Positions 36,601 through 50,010 of a stretch of 64,000 nt of DNA are shown here, piece by piece. Made by a program: the position numbers and the translations under genes. The notes beneath the pieces were generated by a model, which was not told where the DNA came from, made no database searches, and worked only from the letters and a program-made list of their open reading frames with translations. Position 1 is the first letter of the stretch, and each line of letters begins with the position of its first letter. Location of the stretch: the NCBI GenBank assembly GCA_013239625.1, contig MU053594.1:900536-964535 (forward strand), in the 5' to 3' direction. Origin of the DNA: Lama guanicoe (taxonomy: Eukaryota).

Positions 36601-37967
36601 TTACTTCATTATTAAATGCGTTCCTAAAGTTTCAATCACATTCTTTTTCCCAAAAGAATTTTACTTTTTCTGATACATAAAGAGATGGAAATTAATGGTT
36701 CATTCAATGAGCATAAATACAGACAAACAAGTAGGGAAATTAGATAATCAGAAAAAAAAGAGGGAAAGAGGAAACAGGAGATGTGTAACGCTAGGATTCA
36801 TAATTAAGGAGCAATACACAATGCAACTGTAATTTAGAACGGATCATAGGGAAGCGAAATTAAATGTGGAAGGTGGAGTATTAAAGTAACGAAGGAAAAT
36901 AACAATGCCGTTAAAATCAAGGTCACAACTAACATGAGGATTCAAGCCATTATGAAAGAATCTGCTGGCTGTTTCATAATTCACTTTAAAGCTCTTAATA
37001 ATTATTCAAATATTCTGTCATTGCTATGAGAGCAGAGACCATAGGAACTCTGGGATGGTCACCGAAGAATATTCTAGAAGTAGGTAAGTCCACCAGGGTG
37101 CAATGATGGCACTAGGTACTGAGCAATTTCCAAGTCAAAGGCAAACCTGGTAAGTCTTTCCTTAAATCTCCCAAGAAAGAGCAGGCTCACTCCTCCAGGC
37201 ACAACCTAAGCTGGATCTTACTAATTTGAATACAATCAGATTTACTTCTTAGGACACAAGAGACAGAAAAGGAGGAAGTGATCTCTTTTAACACATCCCT
37301 TTTAACACCTGGAAGCAGTGTAAAGGACCAGAAGGCACAGGGAAGCCATGTTAGAGTTGCCATGGCAACGCCCCAGGATGCGCTTAGAGACTGAAATGAC
37401 AGAAAAGGGCACGGCTGGGTGATGGCTTCTACCAGGCACCAGAGGCATATTGAGGTGGGGATGGTGTTCTGGTTGATGAGTCGGTGGGATTTCTGCATGG
37501 ACAGGACTTCAGATGACCCCTCTGTTCTCTAAAAATAAAAATCACCTGAAGCAATTGTCCTGTAAGCAGCCAGGGAGCCTAGTCCTTTCACTCTGTTGAT
37601 CTGGGTTTGGGTGGCCATTTGCTTCTTCTGCAGCTCATCTTTTTCAATTCCTTTCTGCTTTTCTGGTTTGTTTATTTGTTTGTTCATTCACACTCTCTGT
37701 TAATCAGCTGAAGAGGTTATTATAAACAGAATTAATTTATTCTAGCTACTGGTCCAGGAAAGCATATGGTGAATGTGACAGAACAATAGTTATCTGCAAC
37801 CACACAGTAATAAACTCAAGAGAAACAAATCAAACGGGGGCGCCCCACCCACTTCACAGCAGACAATGAATTTATTGCTTAACACCCTTCCAAGTCTCAT
37901 TATGCTTTCTAATACTCTCTTCCACATTTCCCCAAGGTCTTATTTATCCTCTCTTGATGGACAGTCC

Positions 37968-38082
37968 ATGAGGCAGCATAATATAGTAGTTAAAATCATG
38001 GATTCCACAACCAAGCTACTTAGGTTTGCTTCTGAGTGCCACTAAATAAATTTATTTTGGGAAAATTCATGTCAACCTATCA
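37968..38082 (+). mobile_element. MIR 5' half, interrupted by L1
   Basis: 'gaggcagcataatatagtagttaaaatcatggattc..gggaaaattcatgtcaacctatc'; continues at 41766. Confidence 0.55.
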
Positions 38083-38087
38083 CAATA

Positions 38088-41000
38088 TTCTTTCTTCTTT
38101 TTTTAAATTGAGGTATAATTGACACATAACATTTTATCAGTTTCAAGTGTACAATGTAACGATCTGATATCTGTATACACTATGAAATGATCACCACAGT
38201 AAGTCTAGTCACCCACCACCCATCACCATATGAAATTAGAAAATTTTTTTTCCTTATGATGAGAACTTTTAAGATGTACTCTCTTGGCAACTTTCAAATA
38301 TGCACTGCGACAGTATTGACAGTAGTCACCATGCTGTACATCACATCTCTGTGACTTATTTATTTTATAACTGGAACTTGGTACCTCTTGACCCACTTCA
38401 TCCATCTCTCCCACCCCCAACCACCCTCCCCCCTTGGCAACCACCATTCTGTTCTCTGTATTTATGAGTTTTGTCTTGTTTATTCTTTTGCTTTGTTTTT
38501 TAGATTCCACATGTAAGTAAGATCATACGGTGTTTGTCTTTCTCTGTCTGACTTATTCCACTTGGCATAATACCCTCAAGGTCTACCCATGTTGTTGGAA
38601 ATGGCAACATTTCATTCTTTTTATGGCTGAGGGTATTGCATTGTATATTATATACACCACATCTTCTTTATCCATTCATCCATCGATGGACACGTAAGTT
38701 GCTTCTACATCTTAGTGATTAGAAACAATACAGCAATGAACACAGGGGTGAATATATCTTTTCAAAGCAGTGTTTTCATTTTCTTCAGATAAATACCCAG
38801 GAGTGGAACTGCTGGATCAAACGGTGGCTCTATTTTTTAATTTTCTGAGGAATCTCCATACTGTTTTTCATAGTGGCTGCACCAATTTACACGCCCCCAA
38901 CAGTTCCCTTTTCTTCACATCCTCACTAACACTTGTTATTTGTCTTTTTGATAAGCTGTTCTGACAGATGTGATGTGATAGCTCACTGTGGTTTTGACTT
39001 GCATTTCCCTGTTTAGTGATATTGAGCATCTTCTTATGTGCCTGTCGGCCATCTGTATGTCTTCTTTGGAAAAAAGATCTATTCAGATCTTCTGCCCTTT
39101 CTAAAATTGGGTTGTTCGTTTTTCTGTTGTTAAGTTGTATGAATTATTTATATATTTTGGATATTAACCCCTTATTAGATATATAACCTGCAAGCATTGT
39201 CTCCCATTCAGGAGGTTGCTCTTTCATTTTGCTGATGGTCTCCTTTGTTGGGCAGAAGGTTTTTACTCTGAGGTAGCCCCACTTGTTTATTTTTCCTTTT
39301 GGAGTCAGATCCAAAAATCTGTGCCAAGACCAATGCCAAGAAGCTTACTCCCTATGTTTTCTTCTGGAAGTTTTATGGTTTCAGGTCTTACATTCAAGTC
39401 TCTAATCTATTTTGAATTAATTTTTTGTGTATGGAGTAAGATAGTAATCTAGTTTCATTCTTTTGCATGTAGCTGTCCAGTTTTACCAACACACCATTTA
39501 TTAAAGAAACTTCCTTTCCCCATCGTATATGTTTGCCTCCCTTGTTGAAGATTAGTTGACTGTAAAATTGGGTTTATTTCTCCATTCTGTTTCACTGATC
39601 TATGTGTTTTTATGCCAATACCATGTTGTTTCAATTACTATAGTTTTGTAATATAGTTTGAAATCAGGAACAGTGATGCCACCAGCTTTGTTATTTTTTC
39701 TCAAAATTGCTTTGGCTGTTCAGGGTCTTTTGATAGGGAGTGCACTGAATCCGTAGATTGCTTTGGGTAATATGGACATTTAAAAAATATTAGTTCTTCC
39801 AATCTATGAGCACAGGATATTTTTCCATTTATTCCTGTCTTCTTCAATTTCTTTCATCAATGTCTTATAGTCTTCAGTGCACAGTTCTTTTACCTCTGGT
39901 TAAATTTTATTCTTTTGATTCAACTGTAAATGGAATTGTTTTCTTAATTTCTCTTTCTGAAAGTTCATTATTAGTGTTTAGAAACACAACTGATTTTTGT
40001 ATGTTGACTTTGTGCCCTGCAACCTTACTGAATTCATTTATTAGTTTTAACTTTTTTGGAGTCTTTAGGGTTTTCTACATATAAAATCATGTCATCCACA
40101 AATAGAGACAGGTTTACTTCTTCCTTTCCAGTTTGAATGCCTTTTCTTTCTTTTCCTTGCCTAAGTGCTTTGGCTAGGACTCCCAATACTATGCTGAATA
40201 AAACTGGGCATCCTTGCCTTGTTCTTGACCTTAGAGGAAAACCTTCTGTTTTTCACCACCGAGTACGATGTTGGCGGTGGGCTTGTCATATATGGCCTTT
40301 ATGATGTTGAGGTATGTTCCCTCTTTGCTCACTTTGTTGAGAGTTTTTTTTTTAATCATAAATGGATGTTGAATTTTGTAAAATGCTTTTTCTGCATCTA
40401 TTGAGATAATCAAGATTTTTGTCCTTCATTTTGTTAATGTGTTGCATAACACTGATTGATCTGAAGATGTCGAATGATCCTTGCATTCTGGAGTAAATTC
40501 CACCTGATCATTGTGTATAATCCTTTTAATGTGTTATTGAATTCAGTTTAAAGTTTTCTGTTCAGGATTTTTGCATCTATGTTTATCAGGACTTTGGGCC
40601 TATAATTTTCTTTGCTTGTAGTGTCCCTGTCTGGTTTTGGTATCAGGATATTGCTGGCCTCATAAAATGAGTTTGGAATCATTCTCTCCTCTTCAATTTT
40701 CGGGAAAAGTCTGAGAAGTCGAATCTTCTTTAAATGCTTAGTAGAATCTGGTCTTGGATCTTCGTTTTCTGAGAAGTTTTTGATGAATGATTCCATCTCC
40801 TTGCTAGTAATCTGTCTATTCAGATCTACTAATTCTTCAAGAGTCTATTGTGAAAGATTGTATGTTTCTACAAATTTATCCATTCCTTCAAGGTTGTCCA
40901 ATCTGTTGGTGCATAACTGCTCCTAGTGGTCTCACGGTCCTTTGAGTTTCCGTGGTAACGCTGTAATTTCTCTTCCAGTTCTGGTTTTATTTATTTGCGC

Positions 41001-41770
41001 ACTCTCTCCTTTTACCTGGTGAGCTAAAAGTCTGTCAAATCACCAGTTTGGGTTCACTGGTCTTTTCTATTGTCTTTTTAGTCTCCACTTATTTCTACTC
41101 TGATCTTTGTTATTTCTTTCCTTCCACTAATTTTGTGTTTCATCAGCTCTTCTTTTTAGGTGTAAGATTACTATGTTTATTTGAGATTCTTCTTGTTTTC
41201 TGAGGTATGCTTGTATCACTATAAACTTCTCTCTAGAATTGCTTTTGCTGCATCTCATAGATTTTGCTAGGTTGTAGTTTCATTTTCAACATATTTTTTG
41301 ACTTCTTCCTTGACTTAAACATCGACTCATTTCTTGGTCAGTTTTAATTTGCACATATTTGTGATTTGTCCAGTTTTCTTCTTTTAACTGATTTCTAGTG
41401 TTATATCATGTGGTCGAAAAGGATGCTTGATAAGATTTCAGTCTTCTTAAATTACGGAGTTTTGTGGCCTGACATATGATCTTCTATGGAGAATGTTCCA
41501 ACTGTACTTGAGAAGAATGTGTATTCTGCTGCTTTGGGATAGAAGCAGATACAGATATACATGTTTGGATATATATGTGTGTGTGTATGTACGTATAAGG
41601 TCTGTTTGGTCTAATGTGTCTTTCAAGGCTGATGTTTCCTTATTGATTTTCTGTCTAAATGATCTACTCATTGATGTAAGTGGGCTCATAAATTCCCCTA
41701 CTATTATTGTATTATTGTCAATTTCTCCCTTTCTGTCTTCAAATATTTGTTTTATACTCTTTAGGTGCTC
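38088..41770 (-). mobile_element. Degraded L1 (~3.7 kb): 3'UTR through ORF2 RT to endonuclease domain, with internal deletions
   Basis: Poly-T at 38088-38104; minus ORFs [24 protein letters not shown] (RT), PNSFYEASNILIPKP..NIDAKILN, and PLTSMSRSFRQKINKET (EN); many stops and frameshifts. Confidence 0.95.
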
Positions 41771-41880
41771 AGTTTTCTCATCGCAAAATGGGAGGAAGAT
41801 AATAGCGCCTACCTTCTCGTGTTGTTTTGAGGATTACATGAGTTCATATCTGTAATGGGCACAGAAACATGCCCTGTAGG
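41766..41880 (+). mobile_element. MIR 3' half
   Basis: 'ctcagttttctcatcgcaaaatggg..ataatagcgcctacct..gttgttttgaggattacatgagtt'. Confidence 0.75.
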
Positions 41881-42159
41881 CATTTATCACTGTCACAGGG
41901 CATGTTTTCCACAATGGTTCTTCTAAATAATGGTCCTGTTTAATTGCTTTAATTATCTCCAGGGAGCTGATGACTGTCCAGTCCTTATCTCCTTTGTCAT
42001 CATTTTCCCATGCTCCTGACTTCCATGCCCAACTGCCTGCCGGTGTATATTCTTGAAAGTCCCGTGAGCCTTCCAAACTCAACAAACTCACTCACACTGG
42101 ACACATTACATCCCCTTTCACCTCAGGCCCTTCTCTCTACTCCAGTTCTTCAAATGACT

Positions 42160-42490
42160 GTCGTTAGCCTGGTCTCAGATCCAACGTCACCTCCTCAGGG
42201 AAGCCCTACCTGACCAGCCTATTCATAGGGGCCTCCCTACCCCTCTCCTCATCCCTGAAGACTGTCCCTATCTTAGTATCCTGTTGTGGTTCCTTCATAG
42301 CCCTGATCACTGTATCTGATATAATTTTCCTCATTTATTTGCTTACTTGCTGAATGCATGTCCCGTCCACTAGAACAAAGCTCCATGAGACCAGCACCTT
42401 ATTTTGTTCACGGCTACATCCTTGGAACCTAGAGCAATATTTGGCACTTAGTACACACCTAGTGTCTACTACATGAATTTGCTGAGTAAA
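42160..42490 (+). mobile_element. L2 3' end
   Basis: 'gtcacctcctcagggaagcc..ccactagaacaaagctccatgag..ttttgttcacggct..gaacctagagcaa'. Confidence 0.75.
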
Positions 42491-42536
42491 TTCCATGGCA
42501 TAAATTTCGGAAGATTTTGCTCTCGTATATTTGTTT

Positions 42537-43745
42537 AAGAAATGTTTTCAGGCAGAACATTCTTTGACATAAATTGTAGCAATATTTTTTTTTTTGGATC
42601 TGTCTCCTAAAGTAAAGGAAACAAAAGCAAAAATAAACAAATGGCACCTAATTAAATTTAGAAGCTTTCGCAAAGCGAAGGAAACCATCAACAAAAGGAA
42701 AAGACAACCTTCTAAATGGGAGAAAATATTTGCAAGTGATAGGACTGATAAGGGGTTAATAACCAATATATATAAACAGCTCATACACTTCAATATCAAA
42801 AAAAAATCAGAAACAAACAACCTGATTAAAAAAACACACATTTTCCCAAAGATAAAATGATGCAGATGGCCAATAAGCACATGAAAAGATTCTCAACATT
42901 CCTAATCATCAGGAGAATGCAAAGCAAAACCACGATGAGATATCATCTCGCACCTATCAGAGTGGCTGTCATCAAAAAGAACACAAATAACAAATGTTGG
43001 CGAGGATATGGAGATAAGGGAACCCTAGTACACTGGTGTGCTGTTGGTGGGAATGTAAACTAGTGCAGCCGCTGGGGAAAACAGTATGGAGGTTCCTCAA
43101 CAAACTAAAAACAGAACTCCCATATGACCCATCAATTCCACTCCTGGGTATGTATCCAAAAAAACCAAAAGCACTTAATTTGAAAAGATAACATGCACCC
43201 CAATGTTCATAGCAGCATTATTTGCAGTAGCCAAGATATGGAAGCCACCTAAGTGTCCATCAACAGAGGACTGGATAAAGAAGTTGTGAGATATGTATAT
43301 ACAATGGAATACTATTCAACCATAAAAAAGAATGAAATTTTGCCATTTGCAACAGCATGGACGGACTTTGAAGGTATTATGCTGAGTGAAGGAAGTCAGA
43401 CAGAGCAAGGCAAATACTGTATACCATCACTTCTATGTGGAACCTAAAAAATACAGCAAAGTAATGACTAAAACAAAAACTAAGCAGACTCATACACAGG
43501 GCAAACTAGTGGTTACAAGTAGGGAGAGGAAAGAGGGAGGGGTGATACAGAAGATTATGAGGTACAAACTATAATGTATAAAATAAGCTACAAAGATGTA
43601 TTTACTGTACAAGGGCTATAGCCAACATTTTATAATAACTATAAATAGAGTAGAACCCTTAACATTGTGAATCACTGTATTGTACATCTGTAGCTTATGT
43701 AATATTGTAGATGAACTATATTTCAATAAAAAAGAAATGTTTTCA
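42537..43745 (+). mobile_element. 5'-truncated L1 (~1.18 kb: ORF2 C-terminus and 3'UTR) with perfect 14-bp TSD
   Basis: AAGAAATGTTTTCA at 42537-42550 and 43732-43745; ORF2 peptides KINKWHLIKFRSF..WEKIFA and [12 protein letters not shown]; ttt/aaga insertion site resembles the L1 EN target. Confidence 0.95.
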
Positions 43746-44554
43746 CCAATGATGCTAAAAATAGAAAGGCTTTGGCCCTTGGTACAGTAAGTTTCAGCTA
43801 TCTGAAATATTCAATATGTGGAAAGTCTCATTGTCCCCGAAACAGGAGCTAAATAAATTCTCTATAGTTTTTTTTTCTTGCCCACGTAACTTTTGTACAT
43901 TTATTAGAAGTTTAAACAAGTTCAGCTTAAATGCATCTTGATGATGACAGTGATCCCACTGTGATTTTAGGTCTTTATTTCAAAATAAATGTCCATGAAT
44001 GACAAGTACATTTATTTTGACATACGTGCCTCCTGTCCTTTAAAGAACCACTTGACTGTTTTCACTAACAACTATCTAAAATGTATTCTTGAAAATACAG
44101 CTACTAGACTTAGGGACAAAGAGTGAAATCAAGTCCAGTGCATTCCTTAGTCAGTTTCAACAAAGGACAAGTAGAGATTCTAACAGCTCCCAGGGAGACT
44201 GGCAGTCGTGGGACCTGGAACCAGATAATTCCGCTAACGGGAGGATATGTTTGTTGATCCTAATTTGATGATCGCTTTTTATACTAGCTAGGTCAGCTGA
44301 ACTCAACATTTACTGAATTTACACTTTGGGCTCCATCTCTCAATTAAGTTCTGGACAGAATACAGTAAGTAAGACACAGAACCCATCCTCAGATGAGTTA
44401 GTACCTGTGCACCTGCCTGGCACACAGCAGATACTCAATAAAAGTACGCCGACTCCACTAAAGCAGAAAACAACATTAGATGAGAGCATTAGAAAGATTT
44501 ACAACATGCCCTGGGGCTTGCAGCTTGGACGGGCAGAAAGAAGCTGGGATTTGG

Positions 44555-44770
44555 ACATGTGTACCATGCTGAAATCCCAGCTCTGAGGCTTCCTGGCTGT
44601 GGGATCCTCAGCAAACTTCTTAACCTTGGCAGACTCAATTTGATCCCTTGTAAACGGGGATAAGAAGTCCTACACCTTGTGGGACTTGCCACTGGAGCAT
44701 TAGATACGATATTTGTAAAGCGCTGGGGTTGGCACAGGGCAGGGGCTCAACACCTGGCAAGCAAGATGCG
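44555..44770 (+). mobile_element. MIR
   Basis: 'aaatcccagctctg..ggctgtgggatcctcagcaaacttcttaacc..gtaaacggggataagaagt..tgtaaagcgctgg'. Confidence 0.65.
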
Positions 44771-45109
44771 GCATGGAAGGGAGATTGCCAAAAGCAGGGC
44801 ATGCTTTGAAACGAACTTGTGATAGGAAAGCCAGATGAAGGTGTTCCAGGCAGAGGGAGTGCTGTGAGCAGAGCCGGGAGGAGAACTGCGCAGGCTGCGT
44901 GCATCCCTCTGGGGGACAGGGCATCATTCTGGCGGCCGGGTTAGAATGGCCGAAGACACGAAGCAGCGGAACGGTAAATCACATGTCGGCTGAGGGCTTT
45001 GAATCCCAGACCCAGGAGTTCCTAATCTGTGAGGTCAGTTAAACAGGGACCTACTGAGAGTCTGGGGCAGGGAGGAACAGGTAGAAAATCAAACAAAATA
45101 TTTAGAAAT

Positions 45110-45270
45110 TCAGAAATAGCATCGAGCTGGAAGGGACGTGGGAATTGATCTAATCCAATGGACACATTTTCACAGATAAGGAAACTTGAGAGTCAAAGTG
45201 CATAAGAAACATGCTCAGAGTCCCAGGCGAATTGGCACCAATGCAGTGTCCTGACTGGAATCCAAGTCTC
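45110..45270 (-). mobile_element. MIR (MIRb/MIR3-like)
   Basis: 'gagctggaagggac..atctaatccaa..cattttcacagataaggaaact'. Confidence 0.6.
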
Positions 45271-45313
45271 CCGACTTAACCAACACTTTTCCCCCAGTGC
45301 CTCCAAAATATGG

Positions 45314-45389
45314 CATATGTACATATATGCATGTATGCACACACACACACACACATACATACATACACACATACATTTACACACACACT
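45314..45389. repeat. Compound (CA/TA)n microsatellite
   Basis: catatgtacatatatgcatgtatgcacacacacacacacacatacatacatacacac read directly. Confidence 0.9.
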
Positions 45390-46069
45390 AAAACACATGA
45401 TGCTTGAGAAAAAATATCCAGCAGTATATTTTCTGTGGGGACAGAGAATGATTTTCTCTGGGACAGAGAAGTGGAAGGGCATCGATAGCTTTCGCCAGCC
45501 ATTCCGTCTCTCTCCAGAACAGGCACCATCTCTCCTGCTACCCTGCTTCCTTCCTCAGACTCCAACCTGCTCAACCCTCACCTCCCACTCCCACTTCCCT
45601 GCTAATTCTGTATCTTTTCAACATTCGTCAGTGTTAAATAACACTAGAGGGAAGCAAAGCGCCCGATCCAGAAAGTGGGACTTTCCACAGGACAGTTGTA
45701 ACAAGCTCAACACATCGATGGTTGAGTAAAAACCATCAAAAAGTAAGAAGCAAGGGTCTGCTCTGATGTGGAAGGGCCCTAGGAGACAGAGCCTGAGCTC
45801 GTGTTTACATCTGAGCTCCACCTGGATCCTCACTTGGAAAAACAAAAAGCACCCGTGAAAAGACAGTTCTGAGGCAGAGATACAAACGAGGACCAGATAT
45901 TAGGAGATACCGTTAATTTTGGACATGACGATGACTCTGCAGCTGACGGGGAAATGTCGGTCTTCACAGCGGTACCTACTAAAGGATGGGGTGGAACTAC
46001 GAGATGCTGAGATTCGCTTTAAAGTAATTCAGGCAAATAACAGGGGGCAGATGAAACAAGTGAGTTACA

Positions 46070-46188
46070 TTTTGGAGAGGCAGGTAATTAGGTTTATTTA
46101 TTTATTTGTTAATGGAGGTGCAGGGGATTGAACCCGGGGCCTGGTGCATGCTGAGCATGCGCTTTACCACTGAGCTACACCCTCCCCC
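46070..46188 (-). mobile_element. tRNA-Ala-derived SINE, Vic-1-like (camelid)
   Basis: Reverse complement GGGGGAGGGTGTAGCTCAGTGGTAAAGCGCATGCTCAGCATGCACCAGGCCCCGGGTTCAATCCCCTGCACCTCCA, then an (AAAT)n tail and AACCTAATTACC; A and B boxes intact. Confidence 0.85.
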
Positions 46189-46209
46189 TCCAACAGATTT
46201 ATTTTCAAA

Positions 46210-46335
46210 CAGATATTATTAGCCATTCTACAGATAAGGAAACTGAGGCACAGATTACAGTAATTTGCTTAGGGTCACGCAGTCAGTAGATGGCAAGGCA
46301 CAGATGTGAACCAAGACAGTCTAGTTCTAGAGCGC
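46210..46335 (-). mobile_element. MIR
   Basis: 'ccattctacagataaggaaactgaggcacaga..gtaatttgcttagggtcacgcag'. Confidence 0.8.
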
Positions 46336-46379
46336 AGGCACCCGCCCACAAGGCCAACCAAACGGATTCCCCACTTCAT

Positions 46380-46480
46380 GTTAACATCTCTAAGACTCAG
46401 TTTCTTTATCTGCCAAATGAGATTAACAAAGCCTGCCTCAAAAGATTGTTGTAAGGATTCAATGAAAAAATAACTCAAAA
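46380..46480 (+). mobile_element. MIR core
   Basis: 'ctcagtttctttatctgccaaatgag..cctgcctcaaaagattgttgtaaggattcaatga'. Confidence 0.7.
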
Positions 46481-49400
46481 AACATTTGCTATCGCTAGTA
46501 ATTGGATCTTTTCCAGATTGTGGGAAGGGATTTTGAGATGCTCAGCTCAGTGTGGTCCCCGCCTCTCTTGCCCCAGGCTCCCGAGTATGTTTCAGGACTC
46601 CTGGGAAGGAGTCCACGTCCTTTGACTGAGTTGGTCCGGGAGCGGGAGGCTCCCCGTGTTAATGGCCCCATGTCCAGGCAATCGCTGGACTGTGCAGTTG
46701 TTTATCTGCTCAGCACCAACTGAGTGCCCTTCATTGTGCTGGGAACTGGGTGAACTGGATAAGAACCCTGAACTTGGATACTCCGTCTGTGGGCAAGATA
46801 AGCACAGAAACAAAAAATTATATTATAGCAGAGTGAGTGCTATATCAGAGGACGGTACGAAGGGAAAAAGAAATGCTGAGAATATGGTGATTAACTTTCC
46901 TGGAAGAGGAGGGGAAATCAATCAATGACACGGCACAAATCTATCGTGAGCACTTGACAAATACTAATTTATGAAGGGACAGTTCTGCTGTTCTTGTCCA
47001 ATCACACTCCTTTTACAAAATTATTGGGTTTGGAGAAGACCCCAGCTGAGTACGAAAGTTTAGTCCCTTTCTGTGCTCAGGGTTGTCAGGAAATCTTACC
47101 TGCAAAACTTCAAAGGTCCCATTTACTGTAAGCAACCTAGCAGCTCGAAGACGCGGAGAAATAGAAAATGTATTTTTTTTAATTCTTAGATTTAATCATT
47201 CAAAACCAGACACTATTTTCCTTTTATATGAAAGCACTCATACAAAAACACACCTATGGCTTTCTGCATGTGAAACTGAGGTAATGTAATATTAAAGATT
47301 TCCCTCCACGTTTCTCTTTATCTAGGAAGCGTGCCAGGGATGTTCTTGTCAACGTGACTTAAAAAAGACTAGGCCAAAGCTGACAGAGCTGTGTGAGAGC
47401 TAACAACGAAAAAATTTCCCTGCCCTTCATTCCTGCTCCAATGGCCCAGATCTGCCTGCTACCAGCCTATCGGCCACGGGCGAGGTGGAGTGAGCTGGAC
47501 AGGGGCCTGTGGGGCCCAGACAGGGGGAGCAAACACGAGTGTGGGCCACCGCAGGCAGCGCCAGGCCCTCAGTGCTTGGGAAGCACAAACCTGTCACCCA
47601 AACGTGGGCCTCAAAGAACCTGTCTCCGGAGGAGGGGTGGGATGGGCAGCAGTGGCGGCGAAACGGCACAAAAGCCCTGGTCTCCCGCCTGTGCATTAAG
47701 ATTCCAAAAGCACCGCGAGTGGAAAAGCTCTCCATTTGATCTACGAGACAGCAAGAGAGACAGAGGGAACGATGCAGATCAAGCTCTGAGGACAAGATGG
47801 GCCGGGTGTGGAGGTTTACACAGCACCCAAAAGCTGCAGATACCGACAAAGCAAGCCATCATCTCTGTGACGGTTTCTATCCGTCTGATTTCTCTCTCTG
47901 ATCACAGTGGTGCCAAATGATAGAGCCTGTCCCCCACGCTAACATCCAAATCCACTTAACCTTTCTCCCCTTGCCGCTGTCCTTGTTCGAGTTCCCTGGT
48001 TGGTCCAGGCTGGGCTACAGGCCAGAGTCAACCGCTGTGGGAATGGTCGCGCCCTCAAGCCCCCTCCCCCAGTCATCCTTTGTTTTCCTAGCTGTTGTTT
48101 TTACTGCCTAAGGGAACTCTGTTTTTCCCTGTGTTTTAAAGCAGCATGACAGCACTTATCTATTCTCAATCGCCCCCCCAGAGGCAGTGGCAACTACAGC
48201 AGTTTGCAGGTGTTTTGTGCATAGGGTGGCGTGGGGAGGGGCTCCTGCAGAGAAGCACTGCGCTCAGCAGCCTCCCGCTGGGCTGGAAGGCTGCAGAGGG
48301 AAGGAGGCCCATGGACGGTGTAATGACTTCACAGCCCATCGGGGCGGGAGGCCATCCCGGGCGTCCCACCGGTCTGCAGAGGACCCTTTACAATTGTCTC
48401 TTGGCTCCAATTCATCTGCTTATTTGCTTTTAACTAAAAGGATGTGAAACAATCCCTCCAGTCAGAAACGGAATGACTTCCGTGTACCTGACTGTGTCGG
48501 ATGGTTACAGAATGCGAGTGCCTCACGTCCATAAAAGTCTGCTCCGAATGCTCCTACCCAGAGGAAAAAGACTGGGTGTCTTTAAACGTTCAAAGAGACG
48601 GGGAAGAATAAGGACTCTCCATCCAGCTGTGCCGAGGCAGACCATCCATCTCAGGGGGCAGGACCTTCGGGACGGAGCTGCATCAGGGTTATGGGGCTGG
48701 GGGAGGGCGGAGGACCAGCACGGAAACTAAGTTTGAGGATAAACCAAGAGAGATGGTCTGCCCTCTTATCTGCTGCAGTGAAACAGCTAAGATTCTTCGA
48801 CGCCTGCTTGATGGTTTTTCTGTTTTTCTCTGAAACCAGCTTTCCCTAAGGGGGCCTTCTCTGTGCTAAACTCAATGCCAGGGAGAAGCGATGTTGGAGC
48901 AGTGGGTGACCTGTTTTCCATCAAATGTCCTGCTCCCTGCTGGTGGCGAGAACTAAGGGGCCTCCATGTGGGAGTCAGGGCGCTCCTTGAAGAACCAACT
49001 ATTAACGATCTACGTTAGGGCTGCCACGGAAACTGTCTACAGAAAGGTATCTGGGTGGACCAGGTATTCTCTAAGTATTTTGCATCTGCTACCAATTTAT
49101 TTTGTCATTCAACTAACAAGCTAAAGCCAGCTCCGAAAACTGGGGAAGTATTTATAAAGAGGAAATTTTAATCGAGAAAATGCTCTCCATACAGTCATTT
49201 TCTGCAAACTAAGACTGCTGTTACTCTTTCAACGTTGAGTGTTTCAGGACTGAACTTTTCCGTACTTCAGCAGTTAGCAGTTTTGTACTAGGACTTTCCA
49301 GGAGCTGGCCATCGTGGGCCGGGGCCAGTTCCCGCCGAGAAACAAAGAGGGGATTCTTTACTGACAGTTACAAGAGATGTTATATAATCTCACTTTTTTC

Positions 49401-49619
49401 TTCCAGTAGCGAGTGTAATTACTTACTTGTCTAAGACGAAAAGCATTTTCCACCTAGGCTCTACCGTTCTGAATTTTTACTCCTCCACGAACGATCAGGC
49501 GGGGTCGAGGGGAGACAGTCAGGCTTTCCTGACCCTCCAAGCTCTCCAACCGGTAATTATCTTCAGAATTTAAAGACCATAAACAGACTTCTCTATGACT
49601 GCAATTTTATTTGCGAACT

Positions 49620-50010
49620 GACTGAGATCTGCCTAGATTTGAATCCCGACTCCACTTCTTGGTAGGCGGGTAGCTTTAGGTAGCGCAGTTTAGCTGCCCA
49701 TCCCTTAGATTCCCCTCCTGTGAAGTGAAATCCTTATAAAGGAAAGTAGCAGCCTCACAGTATTGCTTCAGTTTCTTTCCCTTTTAATCTTCCCACTCCC
49801 TGGTGTGCTGGAAAGGAGGAGGCTGTACAGCCAGAAAATCTAAGTTTGAATTTTCATCCCAATAAATAAATAAAATGTATTAAATCATCCCACCTTTGTA
49901 ATTTTAGCCAGGCAAGCCATCTAACCTTTTAAAATCTTAGTTTACTTACCTGCAAAATGGGGAGGAAAAAAACCACCGCTTTATAGGATTCAGGGCTTGA
50001 ATGAGACACC
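49620..50010 (+). mobile_element. Two adjacent MIR fragments
   Basis: 'tttgaatcccgactccactt' (~49638) and 'cttagtttacttacctgcaaaatgggg' (~49935). Confidence 0.5.

Noticed and set aside
46113..46188. tRNA-Ala gene
   Set aside because: Extra 5' GGGGGAGG leader, substitutions in the stems and a SINE-type tail indicate a SINE rather than a functional tRNA
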